From positions 1 to 60,984 of the IMG/VR virus record IMGVR_UViG_3300009161_000006: 60,984 bases of DNA; one strand, 5' to 3'. Below the pieces are notes generated by a model. It was not told the origin of the DNA. It saw only the letters and a program-made list of their open reading frames with translations, and made no database searches. Below, piece by piece: positions 45,375 to 54,106 of the stretch (the first letter of the stretch is position 1; the number at the start of each line of letters is the position of its first letter). The stretch comes from a virus (lineage: Duplodnaviria > Caudoviricetes). The translations under genes and the position numbers were made by a program.

Positions 45375-46107
45375 AACCAATCGGGAAATACAAAAAAAGT
45401 TGTATATTTGTAATATGGAAAATAATAAGGTTGTATATCTACACAGAAAAAAAACAGACAATTCTGTATTTTATGTAGGTATGGGGAATATGAAAAGAGC
45501 CTATTCTAAACAAAGGTCTGTATGGTGGAATAAAATAGTTGATAAATATGGATATATAATTGAAATATATAAAGACGGATTAATTAAAGAAGATGCTTTT
45601 AAAATAGAAATAAATCTTATTGAGAAATATGGTAGAATAGATTTGAAAAATGGTCAGCTTATTAATCAAACAATCGGTGGGATTACCGTAGAAGGATTAT
45701 GTAATAAAGTTTTAAATAAAAAAAGTAAATCTTTAAAGGCCGTAGTAAGAAATAAAGAATGGAATAATAAAATATCTAATTCTTTAAAAGGTAAGGCTAA
45801 AACAAATATCCATAAAGAAAATTTATCTAAAGCAAATCTAGGTAAAAAACATACAGAAGAAACTAAAGAAAAAATGAGATTATCTAATAAATCAAAAACA
45901 ATAACAGCAAAGGCAATATCTTGTTATGATTATTATTCAAATGAGATTCTTTTTAATTTTGATTCTATTAGAAATGCAGCAAAAGAATTAGGTTGTAAAG
46001 AAACTTCTATATGTAATAATTTATCTAATAGAAGTCGTAGTATTAACAGTAAAACATTAAATAAAAAAATAAAATGCATAAAAATTTAAAACCAATCGGG
46101 AAATACA
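45374..46107 (+). mobile_element. Endonuclease cassette bounded by perfect 19-bp direct repeats AAACCAATCGGGAAATACA (45374-45392, 46089-46107)
   Basis: Repeat equals groES codons KPIGKY; orphan ATG at 45371. Confidence 0.8.
45415..46089 (+). CDS. GIY-YIG-like homing endonuclease with NUMOD3 and NUMOD1-like DNA-binding modules
   Basis: VYLHR...FYVGMG..KRA, E..LI..YGR, GKKHTEETKEKM, FDSIRNAAKEL. Confidence 0.82.
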   Translation: MENNKVVYLHRKKTDNSVFYVGMGNMKRAYSKQRSVWWNKIVDKYGYIIEIYKDGLIKEDAFKIEINLIEKYGRIDLKNGQLINQTIGGITVEGLCNKVLNKKSKSLKAVVRNKEWNNKISNSLKGKAKTNIHKENLSKANLGKKHTEETKEKMRLSNKSKTITAKAISCYDYYSNEILFNFDSIRNAAKELGCKETSICNNLSNRSRSINSKTLNKKIKCIKI

Positions 46108-46343
46108 TTATTGTAAAAAATATTGACGAAGAGATTAAGACTGAGTCGGGATTAATTTTATCGGGGGAAGACGCAAGTCAGTTAAGATATAAACGTGCGA
46201 CTGTTCAGTGTTCAGGCACTGATGTGGCTAACATAAAAGAGGGCGATGAGATATATTACGACAAGGGTCGTAGTTTCACGATGATAATCAATGACATTCA
46301 GTGCACCATAATTGTAGAGGGGGACGTAGTGGTGGTCTTATAG
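46074..46343 (+). CDS. groES: Co-chaperonin GroES
   Basis: KPIGKYIIV...KTESGLIL...V..IKEGD.I.Y...DV motif; next to groEL. Confidence 0.9.
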   Translation: MHKNLKPIGKYIIVKNIDEEIKTESGLILSGEDASQLRYKRATVQCSGTDVANIKEGDEIYYDKGRSFTMIINDIQCTIIVEGDVVVVL

Positions 46344-46781
46344 TTCGTTAACGGTCCTTTTCTTACCTTTAAAAGTCTTATTCATTTCCATTATCATATT
46401 CCTATAGACTTTGTCGGTGTACTTGACATTTTTATTAAACATTGTATTGCTTTTACCCATAGGTATTTCGTTACCGCTTAGTAGGTTGTAGATTAATTTA
46501 ATTAGGCAGCTTGTTTTGTAAGGCAGGGTATATACTGCTCTACTTCCTTTGAATCCTCTACGGAACAAAACTATCCATCCATCTCTTAGCAATTGGTCAA
46601 ACCTAGTCACGTTCCAACTCATAAGTGAGTCAAACTCTTTAAACTTATCTTTATCAAAGTAGTGTTCTGAATTCAAGAACAGTATCATATCAAGGTCTGC
46701 TTGGGTCAAACCATACCTTTCTTTAACATAATATCTTATTACTCTCCAATACTTAAGATAATCATCAGTTATTTTTCTCAT
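46338..46781 (-). CDS. Winged-helix (MarR-like) regulator
   Basis: YGLTQADLDM.LFL...LL.DGWI; lone - strand gene in the late region. Confidence 0.5.
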   Translation of the reverse strand: MRKITDDYLKYWRVIRYYVKERYGLTQADLDMILFLNSEHYFDKDKFKEFDSLMSWNVTRFDQLLRDGWIVLFRRGFKGSRAVYTLPYKTSCLIKLIYNLLSGNEIPMGKSNTMFNKNVKYTDKVYRNMIMEMNKTFKGKKRTVNEL

Positions 46782-46848
46782 TTTATTTTATTTGATTTAA
46801 TTTTATTACTTTTGTAAAGATAAATCAATTATTTAAAAAATAAAAGTT

Positions 46849-47190
46849 ATGTTAACTCCTAGAAATAAAAGAGTAAAAAAAGAAACAGTTATAGATACTT
46901 TTACGCCACAAAAACTAACGGCTACAGAAACTAAAACAGTTTTTAGACGTGATGGGGTTACACCTAGAAAAACTATAGCTAAAGATTACACAAACACTTA
47001 TGATGACAAAGGATATATGGCTAAGAGAAGTGATATAACACAGGTTGTAAAAACAAAATACGATAAAAAGGGAGAGTGGACAAAACAACATATAAAAGGA
47101 TATATACCAAAAGATGAATATAAGCTATCTAAAATAAGACCAAATGGAGATACGCCATTATCAGACTCTCCAACAGTTAACCCTAAATAA
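46849..47190 (+). CDS. Basic hypothetical protein
   Basis: Downstream of TACTTTTG (46807). Confidence 0.55.
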   Translation: MLTPRNKRVKKETVIDTFTPQKLTATETKTVFRRDGVTPRKTIAKDYTNTYDDKGYMAKRSDITQVVKTKYDKKGEWTKQHIKGYIPKDEYKLSKIRPNGDTPLSDSPTVNPK

Positions 47191-47220
47191 TTAATAATTA
47201 ATAGCTAAAAACTAAAAACT

Positions 47221-47844
47221 ATGTACTCACAACAAGAAAAAGATAAAATGGCGATGAAGAACGCCACTATTGATAAGTTCGCTGCAAGAGGCGGCGGCGA
47301 AGATACGGGCGGCGGAAGCGATACAGGCGGCGGCGGCGGAGGCGATAGAACTAATCGTGGTGATAGAATGGCAGCAAGAGGACAAAGAAAAATAGGTAGT
47401 GGAGTAGAAAAAATAAGTGGTGATAGAATGGCAGCAAGAGGACAAAGAAAAATAGATAAGGGAGAAGAAAAAATAGTTAGGGCTACAGAAAAATTAGGTG
47501 ATAAATTAATAAACAAATCCGATAGGGCAGAAATTAAATTAGGAAGAATCGAAAAAAGAGCGGGTGAATTTCCTACATTAGGTCAATCTGAACGAATATC
47601 AGCTCAAACATCAAAAGCTAATAAAGCATTTGAAGATAGAGTGGCATTTTTGGAGACTCCTAAATATCGTACTATGAATTCAAGCCGTATGCCTACTCAA
47701 CCCGCCGGGCCATTCGACAAATCTGATGTCAATTTAACAAGTAAAAAGCAAGCAAAAGGCTTGGAAAAAATAAATAAAGGCGAAAGATTAGTGAAAAAAG
47801 GAACAATGCTTTCGGCTAAAATTAATAATAGAAGAAAAGGATAA
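47221..47844 (+). CDS. Basic Gly-rich protein with internal repeat
   Basis: Exact 39-bp repeat 47357-47395 / 47417-47455 (GDRMAARGQRKI). Confidence 0.6.
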   Translation: MYSQQEKDKMAMKNATIDKFAARGGGEDTGGGSDTGGGGGGDRTNRGDRMAARGQRKIGSGVEKISGDRMAARGQRKIDKGEEKIVRATEKLGDKLINKSDRAEIKLGRIEKRAGEFPTLGQSERISAQTSKANKAFEDRVAFLETPKYRTMNSSRMPTQPAGPFDKSDVNLTSKKQAKGLEKINKGERLVKKGTMLSAKINNRRKG

Positions 47845-47863
47845 AAACTAAAAACTAAACACT

Positions 47864-48121
47864 ATGCCACCAAATGACAAAAAAAATTCTACAGAGGACA
47901 CTAAGATGACTGTTGAGAAAATGGCGTTTAATAACAAGGCTATAGAGGCGATTCAAAAAAATGCTGCTGAAAGAGATGCGTTAAGGAAAAAGAATAAAGA
48001 GATTTCTGATGCAGCACGCGCACGAAGAAAGGCTAATAGAGGTTCAAGCGGAAGTAGAGATAGTTTAAAGGGATTATCAGTTCTTGGTGGCGCCTTTGCG
48101 GGCACAAGTGGTGTAAGCTAA
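47864..48121 (+). CDS. Basic hypothetical protein
   Basis: A-rich leader, 85 aa. Confidence 0.55.
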   Translation: MPPNDKKNSTEDTKMTVEKMAFNNKAIEAIQKNAAERDALRKKNKEISDAARARRKANRGSSGSRDSLKGLSVLGGAFAGTSGVS

Positions 48122-48411
48122 TGGCAACTAAAGAAAATATGAAATGCAATAGCCCGGTTCCTTCAAATAGGCCGGGCAAAAAGAAAATGGTCAAGGCTTG
48201 CAGTGGTGGTGTTGAGAAGCTTCTTCATTTTGGCGCAAAGGGTTATGGTAATAACTATAGTCCTGTAGCAAGAAAAAGTTTTAAGGCAAGACACAGTTGT
48301 GATACTGCAAATGACAAGTTAACACCAAGGTATTGGGCCTGCAAAAATCTATGGGCAGGTCCGGGTGGTTCAACTACTCCTAATCCAAGTAATCGTAAAG
48401 GAAAATACTAA
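48121..48411 (+). CDS. Conserved small basic phage protein (HFG...RKSF.ARH.C...YWA...W)
   Basis: Recognisable motif widespread in phages; function unknown. Confidence 0.7.
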   Translation: MATKENMKCNSPVPSNRPGKKKMVKACSGGVEKLLHFGAKGYGNNYSPVARKSFKARHSCDTANDKLTPRYWACKNLWAGPGGSTTPNPSNRKGKY

Positions 48412-48548
48412 TGAAAAAAATAATTGAGAAAGCAAAGCAATACGAGTCTAAGAAATCATTAGACGGTAAGATGAAATTCTTAAAAGGGAATGTTGGCAAA
48501 GTTGTAAAAGATAGCGTTAATAAAAAACCAAAAGTTTCAAAAGTATAA
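48411..48548 (+). CDS. Small Lys-rich protein (45 aa), not in ORF track
   Basis: TAATG overlap; manual translation MKKIIEKAKQYE... Confidence 0.5.
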   Translation: MKKIIEKAKQYESKKSLDGKMKFLKGNVGKVVKDSVNKKPKVSKV

Positions 48549-48552
48549 AGAT

Positions 48553-48816
48553 ATGGCAACTCAAAAATTTATGGGTAGTAATCAGTTAATCGATAGATTA
48601 GCATCTCAGGTAGGCAGTAAAGAAACAGCTATAGCTATTTTGCAAAGGCGCGGACATCTAAAAGAAGATGGAAAGACATTTACTGAAGAGGGATTAAAAA
48701 GAAATTCAATGACTGCATCTGAAAGAGCAAAAGATAGGGCATCTAAAAGAACAGGTGAGCCGATAAGTAATTTTACTTATGACCCTAGAAAAAATACGGC
48801 AAAAAAGATAAGATAA
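48553..48816 (+). CDS. Basic hypothetical protein
   Basis: 87-aa ORF. Confidence 0.6.
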   Translation: MATQKFMGSNQLIDRLASQVGSKETAIAILQRRGHLKEDGKTFTEEGLKRNSMTASERAKDRASKRTGEPISNFTYDPRKNTAKKIR

Positions 48817-48845
48817 TTTTATTATCTTTGTAAAAATAAAATCAA

Positions 48846-49016
48846 ATGAAAGGACTAGGAGACGCTATTGAAAAAATAACAACTACTACAGGAATTAAAA
48901 AGGTAGTAGACACTGTTTCAAAGGCTGTAGGTAAAGATTGTGGGTGCAGTAAAAGAAAAGAAGCATTAAACAATCCTAATTTACTTGTAAATAAAATGTT
49001 TAACCGTAAAAAATAA
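48846..49016 (+). CDS. Small phage protein GLGD.IEK...DCGC (56 aa), not in ORF track
   Basis: Manual translation; promoter element 48823 and AAATCAAATG leader. Confidence 0.7.
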   Translation: MKGLGDAIEKITTTTGIKKVVDTVSKAVGKDCGCSKRKEALNNPNLLVNKMFNRKK

Positions 49017-49020
49017 AATT

Positions 49021-49245
49021 ATGAAGACCAAAAAGATTGTTGAAAAGAAAACAGGAGAGAAATATACTTCCAAGATGGCAATGGCTAAACACGAAAAGGG
49101 TGAATCAAAATCCATGAAAAAGAAAGAGTTAAAAAATATGGCCTTTAACATTAAAGAAGCTAGCAATCAAAATTTAACTGCAGGCGCAAGAAATAATTAT
49201 GCGAAAAACGCACAAGCAGATATGAAAAATACTAAAAAAAAATAA
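49021..49245 (+). CDS. Lys-rich hypothetical protein
   Basis: 74-aa ORF. Confidence 0.55.
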   Translation: MKTKKIVEKKTGEKYTSKMAMAKHEKGESKSMKKKELKNMAFNIKEASNQNLTAGARNNYAKNAQADMKNTKKK

Positions 49246-49248
49246 GCC

Positions 49249-49722
49249 ATGCCAAATTTAAAACTTCAAGTAAGTAGAGCTCTGTCTGTTACACCTTCAG
49301 ACGATACGAATATACCAATGCCAAGCCTTATTCTACAGGGTACTGCTAGTTCAGCTTCTCCATTTAAACTTATAGATAACACTGTAGACTTTATTGCATT
49401 GGGAGTTCAGGTCGGTGATACTGTATATGCTAATGTATTAGGTGCAATGGTTACAAATGTAGATAGCGCTAATGTTTTGACTTTAAATTTAGATATTATA
49501 TCGGGTGGCGGAGACGCTTACGAATTATATTCAGGCACAAATATGTCAGGAACAATTGAGCCATCAGTATTATATGTTGGACAAAGTGGAGACCTATCTG
49601 TTGTAACAGCAGGAGGTGACAATGTTACCTTTGTGAATATTCCATCGGGGTCTTTTCTTCCTATTCAAGTTATAAGGGTTTTAACTTCAACAACGGCATC
49701 TAAAATTATAGCTCTTTGGTAA
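49249..49722 (+). CDS. Putative virion spike-base / decoration protein
   Basis: VTPSD...LYVG..GDL.V....GD.VTF..IP.G.FLPIQV.RV....TTA..IIALW pattern. Confidence 0.6.
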   Translation: MPNLKLQVSRALSVTPSDDTNIPMPSLILQGTASSASPFKLIDNTVDFIALGVQVGDTVYANVLGAMVTNVDSANVLTLNLDIISGGGDAYELYSGTNMSGTIEPSVLYVGQSGDLSVVTAGGDNVTFVNIPSGSFLPIQVIRVLTSTTASKIIALW

Positions 49723-50723
49723 TGATACAGATAGGGATAAATATAGCAGTCAATGGAGAGTCTAGTGCAGCACCTTTGCCTCCTCCTCCTCCTATATATT
49801 TCACTACTACATGGACTACTACAATTCCAAACGAAACTATCACTCTACCCTATGATGCAGCAGGTACTTATTCAGGAACTATAGATTGGGGAGATAACAA
49901 TATAGATGTAAATAGTTTTGCTAACAGTTCTCATACTTATGCCTTAGCAGGCACTTATACTGTTGAGATAATTGGTGATTGTATAGGGTGGAATTTTGGT
50001 TCCTATGGAAGTGCAACTTATATTACATCGGTAGTACATTGGGGGCAGCTTGAGTTAGGTGCTAATAATGGAGGGTATTTTAATAGTTGCACTAACTTAG
50101 ATTTATCATTAGTATCTGATATCCTTAATTTACAAAATATAACTACTCTTTATCAAATGTTTGCCAATTCAAACACAATTACAATAAATAATATTAATCT
50201 ATGGAATACAGCACAGGTCACTAGTATGAGTAGTATGTTTAATGGTGCAACTAATTTTAATCAAGCGTTAAGTTTTAATACAGACAATGTTAATGATATG
50301 AATAGTATGTTCTATAATGCATCTTCTTTCAATGGTATATTAAGTTTTAATACAGAGAATGTTAATGATATGGGTAATATGTTCTATAATGCATCTTCTT
50401 TTAATCAACCATTGGCTTTTGTTACCGGGGAAGTTGTAAATATGAACGCTATGTTTTATGGTGCAACTAATTTTAATCAAAACATAGGAGCTTGGGATGT
50501 ATCTAATGTCAATGATTTTCAAGATTTCATGGCTAGTAAAACACCTGCCACTTTCTCTACTGCTAACCTTGATGCTATCTACAATGGATGGTTTTTATAT
50601 GATGTGTTATATGGGTTGAGCCCTGTTGATTTTGGCACAGCAAAATATTCACCTGCAGGTATAGTAGGCAGGGCAATTCTTACAGGTGTCTATTTATGGA
50701 ATATTAATGATGGAGGATTGTAA
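49722..50723 (+). CDS. DUF285/BspA-like surface repeat protein with PKD-like N-terminus (possible adhesin/fibre)
   Basis: IDWGD..HTY..AGTYTV.I; repeated NT..V..M..MF..A..FNQ units including a 72-bp tandem duplication. Confidence 0.8.
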   Translation: MIQIGINIAVNGESSAAPLPPPPPIYFTTTWTTTIPNETITLPYDAAGTYSGTIDWGDNNIDVNSFANSSHTYALAGTYTVEIIGDCIGWNFGSYGSATYITSVVHWGQLELGANNGGYFNSCTNLDLSLVSDILNLQNITTLYQMFANSNTITINNINLWNTAQVTSMSSMFNGATNFNQALSFNTDNVNDMNSMFYNASSFNGILSFNTENVNDMGNMFYNASSFNQPLAFVTGEVVNMNAMFYGATNFNQNIGAWDVSNVNDFQDFMASKTPATFSTANLDAIYNGWFLYDVLYGLSPVDFGTAKYSPAGIVGRAILTGVYLWNINDGGL

Positions 50724-50745
50724 TTAAATATAAACAAACAATATT

Positions 50746-50910
50746 ATGCATAAAAACTTTCTAGCAGCTTTTTATTTTTTATTTGGATTTATCACTTCAT
50801 TTTCAATGATGTTGAGTGATGGTGAGCTTTATGTAAAGCTTGGAGGTTGTACTCTTTTTTTTTATTTGGCTTTTAGCCTTTTAGATGCCCTTGAAGATAT
50901 AGCCCCATGA
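50746..50910 (+). CDS. Small membrane protein (54 aa), not in ORF track
   Basis: Two hydrophobic segments; ATGA overlap with holin. Confidence 0.55.
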   Translation: MHKNFLAAFYFLFGFITSFSMMLSDGELYVKLGGCTLFFYLAFSLLDALEDIAP

Positions 50911-51368
50911 GAACACAACTATTCATATTATTGACGAACATTCGTTTTGCATCGACAAAATTATTTGGAATTATTGGAGCTTTCTTTTTACCTATTACAG
51001 GGATACTTTTTTTAATTGGCTTCGCTATAGTAATAGATACGTTAACAGGAATTTGGAAGTCAAAGAAACTAAACATCCCTATTACATCTAGGAAACTTAG
51101 TGCTATCATATCTAAATTAATGCTATATGAAGTCGCTGTTATTTTGTTCTATTTAATAGATAGGTTTATACTCAATGATATTATTTTAACATTCTTTTCA
51201 GTACCTTTGATGCTAACTAAGATACTTTCATTAGTTTTAGTGTCTATAGAGGTTATGAGTATATCAGAAAATTACAAGGCAGTAAAAGGCATTGATTTGT
51301 GGCAGGCTATGAAGCTATTATTTGCAAGGGCTAGGGATATTAAGCAGGATATAGATACAATAAAATGA
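50907..51368 (+). CDS. Holin (phage holin 4_1-like)
   Basis: IDTLTGIWKS...ITSRKL...IEVMSISEN; multiple TM helices; upstream of endolysin. Confidence 0.8.
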   Translation: MRTQLFILLTNIRFASTKLFGIIGAFFLPITGILFLIGFAIVIDTLTGIWKSKKLNIPITSRKLSAIISKLMLYEVAVILFYLIDRFILNDIILTFFSVPLMLTKILSLVLVSIEVMSISENYKAVKGIDLWQAMKLLFARARDIKQDIDTIK

Positions 51369-51526
51369 TAAGAAAACTATTTAAGTATTTGAACTTCCTA
51401 CAGCAGGAAAAGATTAAAGCAATGATATACAGAGCATGAAATACGCCGCATATATATTATCTGTTTTTAGTATCTTGATGATATTTGAGCACTACTTATT
51501 AAAAAAAGAAAATAAATTTTTGAGAG

Positions 51527-52114
51527 ATGAACTACACAAGAGAACAGATAGAGATAGCAGTCAAGAATAAGGGCTATGTTTGGTTTAACAGCCCCAAAGA
51601 CTATGATGTTAATATTGTAGGTATTAGAAACCTAAAGCCCGGCAAGAAGGTCACAAACGAATTCGATGACACCTTAACTTTGTCGTACAAAATAAACGGA
51701 GTTTGGCAGTACCACGAGTGGAAAATAACTACTGACCCCGGCAAAAAACCTACAGAAATATTAAGACAATCGAAAGGAGTAGCTAGACTAAAGACCGGTC
51801 AATACAGAGGGGTATATAGTGTGTCTATGCATAATGGGAAGTATGAGGCTTTATGTCAGCGTCTTGGTAATGTCACTGTATATAGAGATAATAACAAGGA
51901 CACTGTGTATGATGAGAAGATAACAGAGACAGGAATGTTCGGTATCAATATTCATCGCTCATCTATCTACAAAGACCCAACTTACGTGGACTACTTTTCA
52001 GAGGGGTGTCAAGTTTTTAGATTCAACTCAAATTTTGTCGAGTTCATGAAAATTATAAACAAGGCTAAGGCAGCATTCGGAAATAAATTCACTTATACTT
52101 TAATTGAGCTATGA
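51527..52114 (+). CDS. Endolysin (YkuD/L,D-transpeptidase-like fold)
   Basis: NIVGIR, TTDPG, FGINIH, SEGCQV (His/Cys catalytic pattern); in lysis cassette. Confidence 0.75.
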   Translation: MNYTREQIEIAVKNKGYVWFNSPKDYDVNIVGIRNLKPGKKVTNEFDDTLTLSYKINGVWQYHEWKITTDPGKKPTEILRQSKGVARLKTGQYRGVYSVSMHNGKYEALCQRLGNVTVYRDNNKDTVYDEKITETGMFGINIHRSSIYKDPTYVDYFSEGCQVFRFNSNFVEFMKIINKAKAAFGNKFTYTLIEL

Positions 52115-52239
52115 AAATAGAAGTAAATAAAAAGATAAAGCCAAAAGTAAAGCGTGCAAATATTCATGCAAAGAGTAAGACTTCTAAATTGAAGTCAAGT
52201 AAGAATTACAAGAAAACATATACAAAACAAGGGAGATGA
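52111..52239 (+). CDS. Small Lys-rich protein (42 aa), not in ORF track
   Basis: ATGA overlaps at both ends. Confidence 0.55.
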   Translation: MKIEVNKKIKPKVKRANIHAKSKTSKLKSSKNYKKTYTKQGR

Positions 52240-52523
52240 GAAATTTTTTAGCAGGTACGACTAAAGGTAAGTCTAAAACGGCAAAGTATTATCATGAAAA
52301 TCCTGAAGCGAGAGAGAAGAAGGTTAAATATGATATGAAATATCATGATACTGAAGAACGTAGAGAATATAGAAGAGACCTTCAGCGTATAAATAGAAAG
52401 AATGGTACAGCAGGAAACCATGACGGAAAAGACGTAGCCCATGTATCTAAAACAAAAACAGTATCTCAATCTCAATCTGCAAATAGAGCAGATAAAAAAA
52501 GAAACTTTTTCAAAAAGAAATAA
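52236..52523 (+). CDS. Small basic protein with minimal HNH-like motif
   Basis: DGKDVAH...S.NRA. Confidence 0.55.
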   Translation: MRNFLAGTTKGKSKTAKYYHENPEAREKKVKYDMKYHDTEERREYRRDLQRINRKNGTAGNHDGKDVAHVSKTKTVSQSQSANRADKKRNFFKKK

Positions 52524-52996
52524 TGAAACTATCGTATATCCTTGTGGTCTTTTTAAGCGCTCTAATGTTACTTGGATGCTCAAGTGAACGCTTGGCACAA
52601 TACCATTATAAAAAAGCTCTTAAACACGGCTTAAAGGTTATTCAAGACTCTGATACCATAACAATAAACACAATAGATTCTATTCCTGTAATAATAAATG
52701 ATACTATCGTATGGGAGAAGTATTTTACCACTAAGGATACTATAGTTAAGTTCAATAATATTTACGTTCCTAAAACTAGGTGGCAAACAAGAATTGAGTA
52801 TCGTTATAAGACCAAAGTTCTTAAGCAAGATGTGCTTAAATACAAGTATATTTATAAAGACTCAAAGCAAAGGGCAAAAGAAAAACGTGGCATTAATTGG
52901 CAGTTATTTTTTTGGGGAGTATTGACAGGGGCAATCCTTTTAGTTGTTATTTCTTTTGTTTGGAGAATGTTTATTAAAAAAGCATTATATTTGTGA
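52523..52996 (+). CDS. Spanin-like lipoprotein with C-terminal TM helix
   Basis: Lipobox LLGC, beta-rich DT-I repeats, C-terminal hydrophobic helix (u-spanin architecture). Confidence 0.65.
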   Translation: MKLSYILVVFLSALMLLGCSSERLAQYHYKKALKHGLKVIQDSDTITINTIDSIPVIINDTIVWEKYFTTKDTIVKFNNIYVPKTRWQTRIEYRYKTKVLKQDVLKYKYIYKDSKQRAKEKRGINWQLFFWGVLTGAILLVVISFVWRMFIKKALYL

Positions 52997-53020
52997 CAAA
53001 ATTAACTTAAATCAAATAAA

Positions 53021-53284
53021 ATGGGTAAGATAGAAAACAACGATGTTCAAGATGTTATTTTTGTAACAGAGGAAGAATTAAAAAACATCAGAGAGATGAA
53101 TAGTGATTTTTCTAAAGCAAAAATGAATCTTGGTGATTTAGAATTGCAAAAGTATAGCTTGATAAAATACATAGATGGTATCAAGGATGTTTTTACAAAG
53201 CACGAAAAGACATTAATGGAAAAGTACGGCAATGATGCTGTAATAAACATTGAGACAGGAGAAGTAACAAAAAAACAAAATTAA
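53021..53284 (+). CDS. Conserved hypothetical protein
   Basis: EKYG...INIETGE motif. Confidence 0.65.
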   Translation: MGKIENNDVQDVIFVTEEELKNIREMNSDFSKAKMNLGDLELQKYSLIKYIDGIKDVFTKHEKTLMEKYGNDAVINIETGEVTKKQN

Positions 53285-53285
53285 T

Positions 53286-53627
53286 ATGACACCGGGAAAA
53301 TTTATTGGAACATTATTCCAATCGAGAGATACAATGCATATAGCACATCTTCAAACTACTTCATTTGCAGAACATAAAGCATTAAACGCTTATTATGATG
53401 GAATACTTGATTTAACTGATACATTTACAGAAGCGTATTTTGGTCGTAATAAAAGAGTTGAAATAACTATTCCTGAATCAAAAAACACAGATGCTATTTC
53501 TCATTTAAAAGACCTACGTTCAACTATAGATTCAGAAAGAAATAATTATCCTTCAGAGTTACAAAATATTATGGATGAGATGCTTGGGTTAATAGATAAG
53601 ATTTTATACTTATTAACTTTAAATTAA
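53286..53627 (+). CDS. Ferritin/Dps-like four-helix protein (DUF5856-like)
   Basis: H..HLQT.SFAEHKAL..YYD...D.F.E..FG; LQNI.DE....K..YLL.L. Confidence 0.8.
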   Translation: MTPGKFIGTLFQSRDTMHIAHLQTTSFAEHKALNAYYDGILDLTDTFTEAYFGRNKRVEITIPESKNTDAISHLKDLRSTIDSERNNYPSELQNIMDEMLGLIDKILYLLTLN

Positions 53628-53633
53628 AAAAAA

Positions 53634-53873
53634 ATGGGAAAAATAAGCACATATGCCGTAGCTGTACCTGTATTAAGTGACCTACTAATAGGAACAGAGG
53701 TACCATCAAATAATGAAACTAAAAATTTTTTAATTTCAAGTTTATTACAATTATTACCAAGTGCTGTATTGACTTTGCCTACTTATGCATCTAATGCTGC
53801 TGCTTTAGCAGGAGGTTTAGTTCAAGGACAACTTTATGCTAGCGCTTCAGGAGTAGTGTCCATTGTATTATAA
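53634..53873 (+). CDS. Small structural protein
   Basis: KISTY...LIGT...TKNF; YA.NAAA.AGGL..G.LY motif. Confidence 0.6.
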   Translation: MGKISTYAVAVPVLSDLLIGTEVPSNNETKNFLISSLLQLLPSAVLTLPTYASNAAALAGGLVQGQLYASASGVVSIVL

Positions 53874-53878
53874 TTAAT

Positions 53879-54106
53879 ATGGAAATAAGAAAAATTTCTA
53901 TTGGTCCTGACTATAAAGGTGGGGCAATGCACTATATCGTAGGGCAAAAAATATTAAACGACACTAACGAGATACATGTAATAAAGTTTGAGGATTCAAC
54001 TCAGTCTATAAAAATATATATCATCAACGAAGCAAATGAAATACTTTTGTGGAAAGAATTTACGCATAACATTCCAATTTCTATTGAATATAATATATTC
54101 TATTAA
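53879..54106 (+). CDS. Conserved hypothetical protein
   Basis: IRKISIG.DYK..AMHY.VGQ motif. Confidence 0.7.
   Translation: MEIRKISIGPDYKGGAMHYIVGQKILNDTNEIHVIKFEDSTQSIKIYIINEANEILLWKEFTHNIPISIEYNIFY

Noticed and set aside
50268-50405. DUF285 repeat or the 16071/16269 repeat as a DGR template/variable pair
   Set aside because: No reverse transcriptase; both copies are in-frame coding repeats within one gene
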